Part shown: piece by piece, positions 14,901 to 25,263 of the stretch
How positions within the stretch are numbered: the first letter of the stretch is position 1
How the letters are laid out: every line of letters begins with the position of its first letter
Notes under the pieces: model-generated
Told to the model about the DNA's origin: nothing
Databases searched by the model: none
What the model saw: only the letters and a program-made list of their open reading frames with translations
Made by a program: the position numbers and the translations under genes
Assembly (NCBI GenBank): GCA_026936335.1
Contig: JAPMXV010000035.1
Coordinates: 311,078-375,077, forward strand
Reading direction: 5' to 3'
Origin: Mantamonas sphyraenae STR306
Taxonomy: Eukaryota > Protista > CRuMs
DNA: 64,000 nt

Positions 14901-15173
14901 GCTGGACGTGCGACTTCCCGAGTCTCCGACGTTGGCTTTCTCCTTCTCGACCAGCTGTTCCAGGCTGGCGGGCAGGTTGAGCACAAAGTCAAACAGGTCA
15001 GAGTCAAACTGGGCGCGAGTCACGTCGCTGACCACCGAAGTTCGCTGCTGGCCCTTGGGCTGTTCCACCATCGACCGCACCGAGTTGTCGAATAGGTTGA
15101 GCAGGGTGCCAGTCAAGAAGTAGCTGGACTTTGTCACAAAGTACGCCTGCGGGATGCGTACGACCAGATCCAT
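11919..15173 (-). CDS. C2-domain and coiled-coil protein, CCDC33-like
   Basis: C2 signature (LLVHRATGLP...PNAFV...SCDPVWNHTL) and a long C-terminal coiled coil (ELKAAHQSQAAYIHKLQE...QQQAIIERLE). ATG chosen at 15173. Confidence 0.68.
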   Translation of the reverse strand: MDLVVRIPQAYFVTKSSYFLTGTLLNLFDNSVRSMVEQPKGQQRTSVVSDVTRAQFDSDLFDFVLNLPASLEQLVEKEKANVGDSGSRTSSRSSASSQAQLLILGLEIELLGFDEDQRPHSVGTAHYDINLSSFVRLLTTGHLSCKLIVLGSDSERLTSPGAETAVVARLDVDISLPAVAKASHASPSPSQVLQDALTSRGKQSTSLDQAQLSPFTVHGGDGYVSLLVHRATGLPTDADDQEPNAFVTATLPATPKKGASTKQIKSSCDPVWNHTLFLPILEHEFEQGLLLSVVNQRDKALLTSALLPLATLVREQQFNVCLPLQPAGGGKGSSSTSSSSNDGNNSDDDDEDGNTILLYVSILVHNGLSRTMEVYAQPGWLYAELTLDCVSVFEDNLVSDSMFCVVSPVDNADFHMHHNLTESTHATAFTRVLPSRLAAVSAAREQTLKQAQLKDSAHSGRQRSWATTCTSSHDGFQWRWQQHMHFHVPEAMLDSPSACLMIEMYTQKDDALLAVAYITFVEMFSGTQALSGDTPGHQVAFPTVEVYLASDLAHISPLMFGQCQVCVYTQSAMLEYLASAPSPFPAAPKLLRPKTNASRSTAKKSPTPPSGRRTGDNHHQQQQQQQRHQTNVLTPSGGASLRAQHGASSAMALGGSESPSRAYSVQSLSREDTHKLSSALQLKLEEVTRANAEQIAELEQMVYERNQVIRQIGDDFIEQRRELRALQEKHERLRSAAVMRAKADKALLVQSGVQKVPPEELPQRYALLVQAATQQKQINEALRLKVHKLESGQEGQLEIQLRELKAAHQSQAAYIHKLQERMRKYDVKTMKAVIKQQQAIIERLEGVIKNRLGGVLVEAEDHQGTSMQEEEDRARQLEEHKEAYEKVVEQRDELREQLSQLQASLEEERKARQNSAEEHRGLSKSQELALEMRAQRAETRVGTLEAQLIRHAKEHSKRVSELEAHISELEANAMLMGADLDLDTSTDASGTQGEDDDWLFGRPFSRGSRPTSSGPRTIGWNKLDEPLGAADLGIPGFGPFNGDSDGLYSDAGERFSDGQLFSDRTDGSAAGKGKGKVLPKIASR

Positions 15174-15253
15174 CTTTGCACGGGTGGGGGTGATGGACGA
15201 TGGGGTGACTGAGAGATGGAGATGCGGGAGTGTTGGGCTTGTTGGATGGGGTA

Positions 15254-15879
15254 GGGTTGGTGGCGATGGCGACGTGGTGGAAGCGACCGGTTTCTTTGTT
15301 GTTTGCTTGTGGGTGGCTTCCCACTTCCCACTTCCCACTTCCATCGCCTTTCTCGTTTACACACGCGTCCATTCCCTCTCCGACCACCCTGTCCACCTGT
15401 ATCCTCTCCCACGCTTCTGCTTCTGCTCAGCGCTTCAGCGACGACCGCCTGCCCTCGCCCTTCTTTGGCGGTCCCTTGCCTCGTCGTCGCATCCTCACTG
15501 CCTTCTTGTTCTGTCGCACCATCCCTGCGTCCACATACATCGAGTCTCGGAACGTGTGCAACGCCGGCGGATAGTACGCCGCCACTTCCGCTCCAACCAG
15601 CTTCTTGCGCAGCACCTTGTTGCCGCTGCGCACACCTGTGCCAGAAGGCAGATTGCCAAAGATGGCATCACTGCGTGACCTCCATGCAGCCACCTCCTCC
15701 TGGTTCAGCGAGCTCACTCGCACACTGTGGCGCTTGGCGCGGCTCGACACGCCGCGCATGCCGCCTTCCAAGCCAGCCACACATGCCAGACCGGTGCCAC
15801 GTGTCGTGCCTACTGACAGAACGGAGTGTGTGACCCCCGATGACACACCTACGACGCCACAACGACGAACAAACATGGG
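15254..15879 (-). repeat. Inverted duplication, copy A (mS33 gene plus 3' flank)
   Basis: Reverse complement is nearly identical to 20778-21376. Confidence 0.95.
15427..15876 (-). CDS. MRPS33: Mitochondrial ribosomal protein mS33 (Rsm27), copy A
   Basis: IFGNLP...RSGNKVLRKKLVGAEVAAYYP and RRRGKGPPKKGEGRR motifs; Arg-rich presequence-like N-terminus; 149 aa. Confidence 0.88.
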   Translation of the reverse strand: MFVRRCGVVGVSSGVTHSVLSVGTTRGTGLACVAGLEGGMRGVSSRAKRHSVRVSSLNQEEVAAWRSRSDAIFGNLPSGTGVRSGNKVLRKKLVGAEVAAYYPPALHTFRDSMYVDAGMVRQNKKAVRMRRRGKGPPKKGEGRRSSLKR

Positions 15880-15943
15880 ATGTGTCGCTCTGAGCGGCGT
15901 TTCTTTTCTTTTGGTTCGCAGGTGCATCCAGTCGTGCAGGCAC

Positions 15944-16657
15944 TCAGGCACTGCGCGTCACCTCATCCAACATAGCACGGATCCCAGCTGCATCAGCACC
16001 CTCGATCTTGTACAAGGGCTTGCCGCCCGAGAAAAGGACAAACGTTGGCACGGCACGAACTTCAGCGGGAGGGTGACCTCACGCATGTCCTCGTTGTCCA
16101 CATCGATCTTGACAAACAGCACCGACTTGTCTTCAAACTCCTTGGCCATCTCGTCGAGCACAGGGGCAATCTGCTTGCACGGACCGCACCATTCGGCGGA
16201 GAAATCCACCAGCACCGTCCTGTCCTCGTCCTGCACGAGATCCACAAACTCCTCCACCTCTTCAATCTCTGTCACTTTGCCCAACGGAGCCACGGGCTCG
16301 GCCTCGACAGCTTCCATGACGCGTGCTGTATGAAGAGCTGGGGCGCGGGCGCGAAAGCTGTGTCAGGTCGCAACCTCGCGTCACACTGCTGTGCATTTAC
16401 CTACCTGAACGCTGGACGATGCCACTGCTTGTTGAGTGTGCATCCATGCCCAAAACAATGCTGCTGGTGCTGCTGGTGCTGCCGCTGAGCAGGCTGCAGG
16501 CAACCGTGCGCTCGGCGCCGATTCCGGCTGTTCGGAGCGGAGCCGAGGACGTCTTGGTGCTCAGGGCACGCACAGACGACACGGTGCTCATGGAACGCTT
16601 GGAATTGGCCCGCAAGCCACGCGTGCAAGTGTTTGCAAGTGTACGTCGGACAAACAT
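15944..16657 (-). CDS. Thioredoxin, probably mitochondrial (exons 16657-16405, 16325-15944; apparent -1 frameshift near 16067)
   Basis: DFSAEWCGPCK active site. The expected C-terminus (VRAVPTFVLFSGGK..KIEGAD) is in a shifted frame. A phase-matched intron links an R/S/T-rich presequence (MFVRRTLANTCTRGLRANSKRS). Confidence 0.85.
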
Positions 16658-16671
16658 TGGGTGGATCAGGA

Positions 16672-19048
16672 TCACTCTGTTTGTTTGCCATCGCCTGCGC
16701 TGCTGCTCTTGCCCCGCAACGCCTCGAGCCACTTTTCACCCTCTACCGGCGATTCAGCGTACCAGTACCACACACGGTCACCCACGGCCGTTTTCACCTG
16801 GAACAGGAACAGGCTGGCGTGCTTCTTTTTCAGTTCGGGGAACTTGGCGTCGCGCTGGTCTCGGATGTCACTTGCTTCGTTGCCCTTGATGTCCACAATA
16901 CCCTTGGGCTTTCCGCCGCGCAGAAATGTCTTTTCGTCCTGATAATAGGCCATGGTATTGTTCTCCAGCACCACATACCGGCGCTTCCAGCCTTTGAAAA
17001 CCGCCCCCTTCTTGTACAGCCAGCCCCGTCGGACGCCGACCTCCATCTGTTCCTGCTCGTCGTCCTCGTCGTCTGTGCTCTTGGAACCCAGGGGCACGAG
17101 ACCAAACAGAGATTTGCGCTTAGAGGCGTTGGAGCCTGACGAGCTGCTCATCTGCGCCTCAAGCTCGGCCAAACGCTTCTGCAGCTCAGCCTCTTCGGCC
17201 TCTCGCACTTTCTCCTCCTCCTCCTTCTGCTTTTTCTGCTCCACGTCTGCTTTGATGCGCTCCAGTGCGGCCGTGCTGTCCAGAAGTTCGCGTTCCATGC
17301 TGCGGGAGTGGCGAAGCGAGGCATTCTGTTTGCGTTCGCTGCGACTTAGGGTGCCCATCATGGACAAAGACTTTTGGCTCGCTTGACGAATGAGCAATTG
17401 CGACGCACTTCCACTGCGGCGATAATCACGCACAGTGAGCTCTTCCCCAGCGTTGCTGCTGCTGCTGCTGCTGCTGTCCTCTTCCGGCAGCTCGTTGGCT
17501 GAATCCACTCCCATTTCGCCACCTGCATCTAGATACAAAAGGTATAGGATGGCAAAGAATCCACGGAAGGTGACCTGGATGGAAAAGGTGTTGATGGGGC
17601 CGCTGCTCTCGTCATGCGGCTCGACGCTGGACACAAAGTCGGCCACGGCCTCAAAATCGAGGTCGGCCTCCTCGCCAATGAGGCGTGTGAGGGCGCTGTG
17701 GAAGTTCAGGACGTCAAGAGAGGTGGCGTCCCCGGCAAAGAACGCAAAGACCTTTTTCAGCGAGCGGAAGCGGTCGTCGAGCACAATGGCTTGCACGTGG
17801 ACCTTGACGTCGCCAGACTCGGCCACAACGTCGTTGGAAACCAGGCCCATGTTCCAGAACGAGTACAGCATGTGAAGAAACATCCAAAAGGTCACCTTCT
17901 GGTCGTCGAGATCGATGGAGTCGTCGTAAAGGTGAATGGCCTTGAGTTCGACCTTGAGGGCGGTGTGGAAGCGTTTTTGGGTCATGTCGTCGGAGCAGAT
18001 GTCCTGCATCATGCTCATACAACGCTGGGATGTGACCCAGGATTGGTTCTGTGCACTGTAGAGAGGCTGGGCGTGCGTGTCGCCTGGTTTGTCGCTGGAC
18101 GGTAGGAAGCCCGCAAGTTTGTCGCCTGTGACGGCGTTGCCATCGGCTTCGGCAAACACGTCGAAATATAGCTCCAGGTCACGAAAGAGGGCAGCAACGC
18201 TGGCCATGCTGACCTTGATTTCAGTGGTGGAGGTTGATTCCCGGATTTGGCGCACAAGCTGATGGAGGACCGTGTGGATTTCGTCGTCCGATGCGACGTC
18301 CACATGCTTTGCGGGCACATTGTAGTCTTGGTTGAAAGCAAGCACGTCGGTCATGGTCACTGGTAAGGAGGGGGAGGGGGAGAAAGTGAGCCGACTCGTT
18401 TTTTTGGCAAATTGGGACACGCATCTCTTGCGGGCCGCCGCAAGAGGCATGTGGACGGGATGAGGGCTGGGCAAAATCTACCTCGAGTCTCTTCGACATG
18501 ATTGAGGCAGCCAACAAGGTAAACGGCTGCACGAGAGCCCTGAACGAGCATGATGCGCTCAATATAGCTGGCAGCAACATCGAAGGAGTTGCGATCGGCC
18601 ACATCGTAGAGGACAACAAAGGCAACGGCGTGGTTGAGAAGCTCTTCAAAAACATGTTCGGACTCGGCCGCCATAAAGGCGAGATCAATATTCTCTTCGT
18701 CGACCTTGAGTGTGGCCAGAGTCGTTGACTCGTCCAAAGCAGCCACTACAGACGGCACCGCGAAGGAGAAGGGATTGAGGGGGAGGGGGGGTTGGGGGAA
18801 GGGAAGGGGCAAAGGGGGTAGAAGAGTGAGTGTTGGCCCAGGGGAGGTGTGAAACGTGTGCATCGGACGCGAGGGGAGCAGCCGAGACACGGCAATCTTC
18901 GACGAGGCAAGAGGGGAGAAAGTTGGCACTCACCGTCGTCGTCGTCGGTGGCCTGGTGGGCCTCGGTGACGCTTTCGACTCTGCGGCAAAAGTTCCGATT
19001 GAGCAGTTGGTCTCTGCCACACATGGTGACCAAGCGGGAGGTGGGCAT
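16672..19048 (-). CDS. Degenerate Ras-like domain + EF-hand-like region + PH domain protein (exons 19048-18934, 18745-18482, 18359-16672)
   Basis: Two phase-1 GT-AG introns. Ras-fold segments FVVLYDVADRNSF, VYLVG and IHTVLHQLVRQIR; clear PH domain (RGWLYKKGAVFKGWKRRYVVL...WLEAL). Confidence 0.75.
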
Positions 19049-19140
19049 GGGTGGGACTTTGCGGCGGTTTGGGCGGGGACGCGCGACCGCACACACATCA
19101 CCCCCGAAAACCACAACCCCAACAAGTCGTTCTTTCTGCT

Positions 19141-20708
19141 ATGACGAGATCGGCAACAACATTCCTGATGGCTCTGCTGCTGTTGGCAGCCTGTGTTGTC
19201 GCGAGCCCTGGCGGCGAGTTCAGGTGAGTTTCCTCCAAGCAGTGGAGACTGTGACGCTGAGGGATGGGTGAGCATGCTGGGGTTGTCCACACGTCCTTGC
19301 GTACACATGGGGACACCATGGGATGGCTCAGTGGAAGCAGCGACGCATGGGAAGGGGTGGGGGGGGACCTTGGGGAAGGAGGGAGGGAAGGCGCGGCGTG
19401 TTGTTTTGAGAAAAAGGAAACGACGCCTAGTGCAAGCCGCTGACACGACGTGTGGGTCTGTTCACGCATTTGCGACCATAGCATGAGCTCGAGCGCAAGC
19501 GAAGGCGAGGCAGTGGCAGGTAAGTGGTGCGAGTAGGGCAGAGGTGGTTGGAGAGGGACTGACAAAACGCAAACGGCCTTTTTCGGATGGTGGAAAAAAA
19601 CCAACTCGCAGAGGCCAACTTCTCCGAGTCGGAAGCGAGCGCTGAGGCTCAGTCTGGCTCTAGCGAGTCGGATTCTGATGTGGAAGACTACGACGAGACG
19701 CGTGATGCGTTCTGGTTCCGCAAGGCTACGCCGACGCCTGTGGCACGCCGCGCCGCACCTTCGTACAGCCGCCGCAGCAGCAGCTACAGCAGCAGCCGAC
19801 GCAGCAGCAGCTACAGCAGCAGCCGCCGCAGCAGCTCTTCATCGCGAGGTGGATTCTGGAGCACGCGTCGCACAGCTACGCCTACGCCTACGCCTGCGAC
19901 CCGTCGCACTACCACGACTCGCACGTCGCGAGGTGGCTTCTGGAGCACGCGTCGCACAGCTACGCCTACGCCTACGCCTGCAACCCGTCGCACCACGACG
20001 ACGCGCACCTCGCGTGGCGGATCCTTCTGGAGCCGCTTGGGCAGCAGGACCACTCCGACGCCCACGAACCCGCCTGTGCGCACTCCTGTTCGCACACCTG
20101 TTCGCACGCCTGTTCGCACGCCTGTTCGCACGCCGGTGCGCACGCCTGTTCGCCAGACCCCTGCTCCGGCCAACGTGGACTGGACGCGTGAGGAAGCCAT
20201 CATCCCGAACACGTTTGGCCTGTCCTACCTGTCCCAGGCCCGTCTGCGCCGCACTGTGGGCGACCCTGGACCTTTGACCTCCGAGTGCTCCAACAGCCGT
20301 ATCACCAACCCCAAGGTGCTGAACAACCTGCAGACGCGCCAAATCGGCCACATGTCCTTCCGTGGAAACCGCTATGTGCTGGACCGCCTTGAGCGTTCGC
20401 TGAACGAGGTTCGCCGCCAGTACCCGGATCTGTTCCGCCGCCTGAGCTCGGCTGGCATGCTCTGCATGCGCGCTGTGCGTGGCTCTTCGACCTCGTTCTC
20501 TTCGCACGCGTGGGGAGCGGCTGTGGACCTCAAGATTGACGGCCGCCTGGACCCGCGCTTCAACGGCAAGGCCTTCCACGGTCTCAACGTCATGGCCCCG
20601 ATCTTTGCCCGCAACGGTCTCTTCTGGGGCGGCTGGTACTCTCCGCAGTACGAAGACGCCATGCACTGGGAACTCTCTGGCACTCTGTCGTCCGAGCTCA
20701 ACCGCTAA
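19141..20708 (+). CDS. Secreted M15-family (L-Ala-D-Glu / D-Ala-D-Ala type) zinc peptidase (exons 19141-19223, 19482-19519, 19612-20708)
   Basis: Signal peptide (MTRSATTFLMALLLLAACVVA); SSHAWGAAVD and WGGW...DAMHWE zinc-ligand motifs; R/T/P-rich repeats; phase-consistent introns. Confidence 0.85.
19845..20153 (+). repeat. Coding repeats in the M15 gene: 2 x 84 bp (RGGFWSTRRTATPTPTPATRRTTTTRTS) and about 7 x 12 bp (PVRT)
   Basis: Directly visible tandem repeats. Confidence 0.9.
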
Positions 20709-20777
20709 GTGCGTCCTTTTGCTTGCAGGCGCGTCGGCGCTGGTCCAAACAAACCTTTGCGCCGTTGTTTGTCTCCA

Positions 20778-21376
20778 CCCATGTTTGTTCGTCGTTGTGG
20801 CGTCGTAGGTGTGTCATCGGGGGTCACACACTCCGTTCTGTCAGTAGGCACGACACGTGGCACCGGTCTGGCGTGTGTGGCTGGCTTGGAAGGCGGCATG
20901 CGCGGCGTGTCGAGCCGCGCCAAGCGCCACAGTGTGCGGGTGAGCTCGCTGAACCAGGAGGAGGTGGCTGCATGGAGGTCACGCAGTGATGCCATCTTTG
21001 GCAATCTGCCTTCTGGCACAGGTGTGCGCAGCGGCAACAAGGTGCTGCGCAAGAAGCTGGTTGGAGCGGAAGTGGCGGCGTACTATCCGCCGGCGTTGCA
21101 CACGTTCCGAGACTCGATGTATGTGGACGCAGGGATGGTGCGACAGAACAAGAAGGCAGTGAGGATGCGACGACGAGGCAAGGGACCGCCAAAGAAGGGC
21201 GAGGGCAGGCGGTCGTCGCTGAAGCGCTGAGCAGAAGCGTGGGAGAGGATACAGGTGGACAGGGTGGTCGGAGAGGGAATGGACGCGTGTGTAAACGAGA
21301 AAGGCGATGGAAGTGGGAAGAAGTGGGAAGTGGGAAGCCACCCACAAGCAAACAAAGTCGCCATCGCCACCAACCC
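20778..21376 (+). repeat. Inverted duplication, copy B
   Basis: Matches the reverse complement of 15254-15879, with at least two synonymous substitutions in the CDS and small indels in the 3' flank. Confidence 0.95.
20781..21230 (+). CDS. MRPS33: Mitochondrial ribosomal protein mS33 (Rsm27), copy B
   Basis: Protein identical to copy A from MFVRR to SSLKR. Confidence 0.88.
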   Translation: MFVRRCGVVGVSSGVTHSVLSVGTTRGTGLACVAGLEGGMRGVSSRAKRHSVRVSSLNQEEVAAWRSRSDAIFGNLPSGTGVRSGNKVLRKKLVGAEVAAYYPPALHTFRDSMYVDAGMVRQNKKAVRMRRRGKGPPKKGEGRRSSLKR

Positions 21377-21404
21377 GATTTCCGAATAGCTCGGCGCATT
21401 CAAC

Positions 21405-23030
21405 ATGTCGTCGAACTTTGGCAGAGACCAGAAGACAGAAGACTTTCTCAAGGAGGCGTTTGCAAACTGGAGGGACGTGGACGAGCTTGTGCTTGGTAGC
21501 GGGCCATCTGCAGCAGATCTGGAGTATCGAGAGAAGAAGGCAAGGGCAGCACAGATTCGAGGGCGGTCGCAGCTGTTTGTGTCTGCAACTTCGATGAAGA
21601 CGATGAAGCAACTGCAGCAGGAGGCGAGCGAAGAAAGTGCAAACGAACTGGACTGGGAGCAGCTGCTCATCAAGTACCTGCCAGAGATGGACAACCCCGG
21701 ACTGGACTCTGTGTGGATGCGCATGGGCGGGCACTCGAGCTGGGCAGACAAATTGGTGGCGGAGATGAAATCGGGCGACGAGGTGGTGGAACCGCTGAAA
21801 AGAGGGTCGGCCACTTTGTGTCTGACACCTGAGCGCGACCGCCTGATTCTGTTTGGCGGCCGGTTGTTCTTTGGCAAACACTATGTGTTGAACGACATGA
21901 GCATCTTTGACCTCGCCACACTGTCGTGGAGGTTCTACCATAACGACCTGAGCTTGTACCCCAACAATGGCGGGCCGAGCCATCGCTACGGCCACTCAGC
22001 AACCATAGTGGGAGACGACATGTACGTTTATGGAGGGTCGTATATGCAAAACACCACGTGTGCCGCGTTGCGCACGTCCACCAACCAGGAAGTCCACAGC
22101 GTGCTGGAGATTTTCAACCTGCGCACGATGGAGTGGGAACGCGATCCCAGCAGTCGTATCTCAAGCGGTGCAGTCTACTTGAATGGAGGGACATCAGAAC
22201 ACACCATGACACTTCTCCCGCCTCATGAGGGAGCCTCAATGAGCAGCTCGAACCGTGGCCGTGGCGACGATGTCCTTCTGCGCATGGTCAAACTGGGTGG
22301 TTCTCAAGGTTCCACAAAGGTGTTGGAAAGCACGGATCATGGTTTGACATGGGCTGTGCGAAAGCTCACCGTGCTCCGCATCTCAAAGTTGCATACCGCC
22401 AACGTGTGGATCAACTCGGAGGACAACTCCCGACACATCATCGTGTACGGCGGCATCGTCGGGCAGACCCCAACCAACCTGCTGGAGAGTTTCGAGACGT
22501 CGACGATGAACAAGACGGTGCTGCAAGAGGCGACAACCGACGGCTATGCGCCTGCAGCTCGGTCGGGCCATTCCGCGTGTGTGAGCCAGGACAAGCTGTT
22601 TGTGGTGGGAGGCTACGTACAAGAGCGTGGCTATACGAACGAGGTGATTGTGTACGACCTTGTTGAAAACCTGTGGGTGCAGACGATCCCAAGCACAAGC
22701 CCTTTGGTGCGAGGGGTCATGCCCACCGCATCAACCAAGATGGCCTCTGTTGCGGTCGGCTCGCGCATTTACATGTTTGGCGGGTATAGCGGCTCGTACC
22801 ACGGCGGTATGAGTGTGCTGGACTTTCTGCCCGAATGGGAGCCAGAGATCCACCACGCGTTCCCGGACGACTTTCGCCTGGCCGTCAAGACGCTGCTGAT
22901 GATGTCACAGATCTCCCCTGACGGTTTCTTTCCCATGTACGATGACGAGGACATGGATTTCCTGTGGTGGATGTTGCCAACCGAGGTTGTGCTGCGCGTG
23001 ATCCGCCACCTGGCGCGCGTTTGGACGTGA
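21405..23030 (+). CDS. Kelch-repeat protein with conserved C-terminal module
   Basis: Kelch GG repeats (LILFGG, RYGHSATIVGDDMYVYGG, RSGHSACVSQDKLFVVGG, IYMFGG); C-terminal WEPEIHHAFP...LPTEVVLRVI. Confidence 0.88.
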   Translation: MSSNFGRDQKTEDFLKEAFANWRDVDELVLGSGPSAADLEYREKKARAAQIRGRSQLFVSATSMKTMKQLQQEASEESANELDWEQLLIKYLPEMDNPGLDSVWMRMGGHSSWADKLVAEMKSGDEVVEPLKRGSATLCLTPERDRLILFGGRLFFGKHYVLNDMSIFDLATLSWRFYHNDLSLYPNNGGPSHRYGHSATIVGDDMYVYGGSYMQNTTCAALRTSTNQEVHSVLEIFNLRTMEWERDPSSRISSGAVYLNGGTSEHTMTLLPPHEGASMSSSNRGRGDDVLLRMVKLGGSQGSTKVLESTDHGLTWAVRKLTVLRISKLHTANVWINSEDNSRHIIVYGGIVGQTPTNLLESFETSTMNKTVLQEATTDGYAPAARSGHSACVSQDKLFVVGGYVQERGYTNEVIVYDLVENLWVQTIPSTSPLVRGVMPTASTKMASVAVGSRIYMFGGYSGSYHGGMSVLDFLPEWEPEIHHAFPDDFRLAVKTLLMMSQISPDGFFPMYDDEDMDFLWWMLPTEVVLRVIRHLARVWT

Positions 23031-23206
23031 GCCGGAGTGGGAGAGGAGTGGGGTGGCAAGAGGGTGACATCCAGGGTGGAAATGTACGGTGAAGGGGTTT
23101 CGATGGTCTGGAGGGCGATTTCAGCTGATACGTGAGACTGTGCGCCTGCTTCGCCACGCCAGTTCTTTGACAGACACACAGACACACAACGGACAGACCA
23201 CCGAGA

Positions 23207-25194
23207 ATGTCGTTCGATAATGTGATGCTGAACAAGCGCTCGTCGGCTGCGATGGGCACTTTCAAGATCAACAACGACGGCATGGGTTGGAAGAATGGAA
23301 AGACGGATGAGGTGCTGCAGGTGCTGTCCAAGGAGATTCTGTCTCTGCAGTGGTCCAAGGTGCCGTCTGGCATGCAGCTGGCCGTGTACCTCAAGAGCGG
23401 TGGTTCCTACCTGTTTGACGGCTTTGGGCCCGCTGATCTGGACACGCTCAAGCCCTTTGCGAAAACATACGGCAAAGACATCGAGCAGGTCTCCGTGTCC
23501 ACACGTGGACACAACTACGGTGACTTGGAGTTTCAGAGTAAGTGGACAACCATGGCCACGTACGCGCTGCAGCTCAGCATGGCGCGTGCCCACAGAGAGG
23601 GGTGATCTCGAGCGCATTTTTCCCGCCAAAAAAAAAAGACGCGGGAAGCTGACGCACGGTGCGGCTACAGACAAGGAGCTGGTGATGAAGGACTCACGGG
23701 ACGACACGATGTTCTCATTGAACCTCGGCGACGTGAGCAACTGCACACTGAACAAGGAGAATGTGCAGATCCTGTTCCACGGGGCCGGGAGCACAGAAGC
23801 GAGGAATGTGAGTGATCAGGCCTTGGGGGGACTCGGGAAAACGCAGGGCACACACGCTTACACAGGGGGACATACACACTGTCACACTTGATGTGCGGAC
23901 GCATTTGGTGTTTGTCACGCATGTGCCATCGTAGTCGGACACTGTGACGGAGATCTCGTTCTTTGTGCCACCGGTGGAAGGCGAGCCACTTCGAGCGGCG
24001 GAGCTGCAGAAAACCGTGCTTGAGCGGGCCGAGATTGACTTCAACTCGGGCGACTACGTCCTCAAACTTCCCCAGGTGTTCTTCCAGACGCCGCGCGGAC
24101 GCTTCGACATGGAAATGTGCTCCACGTTCTTCAGGCTGCTGGGCAAAAACAACAACAACTTTAAGATCCTGTACAAGAACGTCAAGGGCTTGTTTGTGCT
24201 GGAAGAGCCATACGGGCTGAACACACTCTTTATGATCAAACTGGATCCGCCCATTAGTCAGGGCAGGTCGCGCTACCCGATCCTCCTGCTGCAGTTTAAG
24301 GACACGGACATCACCGAAGATCTGGAGGTGCAGCTGGACGAGGAAGAAATCGAGGCCAAGTATCCGCTGCTGAGCAAGAGCATGACGGGCAAAACCTACT
24401 TGGTGCTGAGCAAGGCATTCAAGTCGCTGGCCAAGGACAAGAAGATCATCAAGGCGGGCCAGTCGTTCAAGAGCGCGGCCGGAGCGGACGCCATCGTGTG
24501 CTCGCTGGGAACGTCGCAGGTGCTGTTGTATCCCCTGGAAAAGAGCTTTGTTTTCACCAGCAACCGCCCTGTGCATGTGGTGTACTCGCGCGTGGCTTCG
24601 GTGGAGTTTACGGCGTCCAAGATCACGGCGACGGGCTCGCGAAAGAACTTTGATTTCACCATTAGCACAGAGTCGGGCAACACGTACGAATTTACAAACC
24701 TGGACCGAGAGGACTATGCGCCGCTGCTGAAGCTTGTGCAGGCCAAGCGCATGACCATCAAGAACTTTGAGCATGCCAAGGCTTTGTTCGGCACAGACGG
24801 CAACCTGAACGCTCGCGACGCCAGCCGCTACGCCGCGTATGCCGGAGAGGACGATCTGCGGGGTGTGGTCGATGACGAAGAGGATGATGATGGTGATGAG
24901 GGCCCCGGATACGATGACGGCGAGGATGACGACGGATCGGAAGGGAGCGGCGACGACGACTTTGCCCCCGACGACGACCTCAGCGAACCCGAGGAGTTTG
25001 AGGAGATCGAGGTGGAGGAGGGTGAGGAGGTCCCGGAGGATGATTCTGACAGCGAGGTGGAGGACGAAGACGATGAAGATGAGGAGGAGGCAAGCAGCAG
25101 CCGCAAGCGCGGACGTGACGACGAGGACGACGACGACGACGACGATGACGAGGCTGAGGAAGGTGGAGGCAAAAGGGCACGTGTGGATGAATAG
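23207..25194 (+). CDS. SSRP1: FACT complex subunit SSRP1/Pob3 (exons 23207-23537, 23671-23807, 23935-25194)
   Basis: STRGHNYG, TPRGRFDM, LDPPISQGRSRYP and LYPLEKSF motifs; acidic tail; no HMG box seen (Pob3-like). Confidence 0.93.
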
Positions 25195-25263
25195 ATTGTG
25201 CAAGTTAGTGCAAGTTAGTGCAGGTTTGTGTGTGTGCGCATGCGGCGACATCGAAAAATCAGA

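Noticed and set aside
15254-21376. DNA transposon with terminal inverted repeats
   Set aside because: The repeats are a host gene, and no transposase or target-site duplication was seen.
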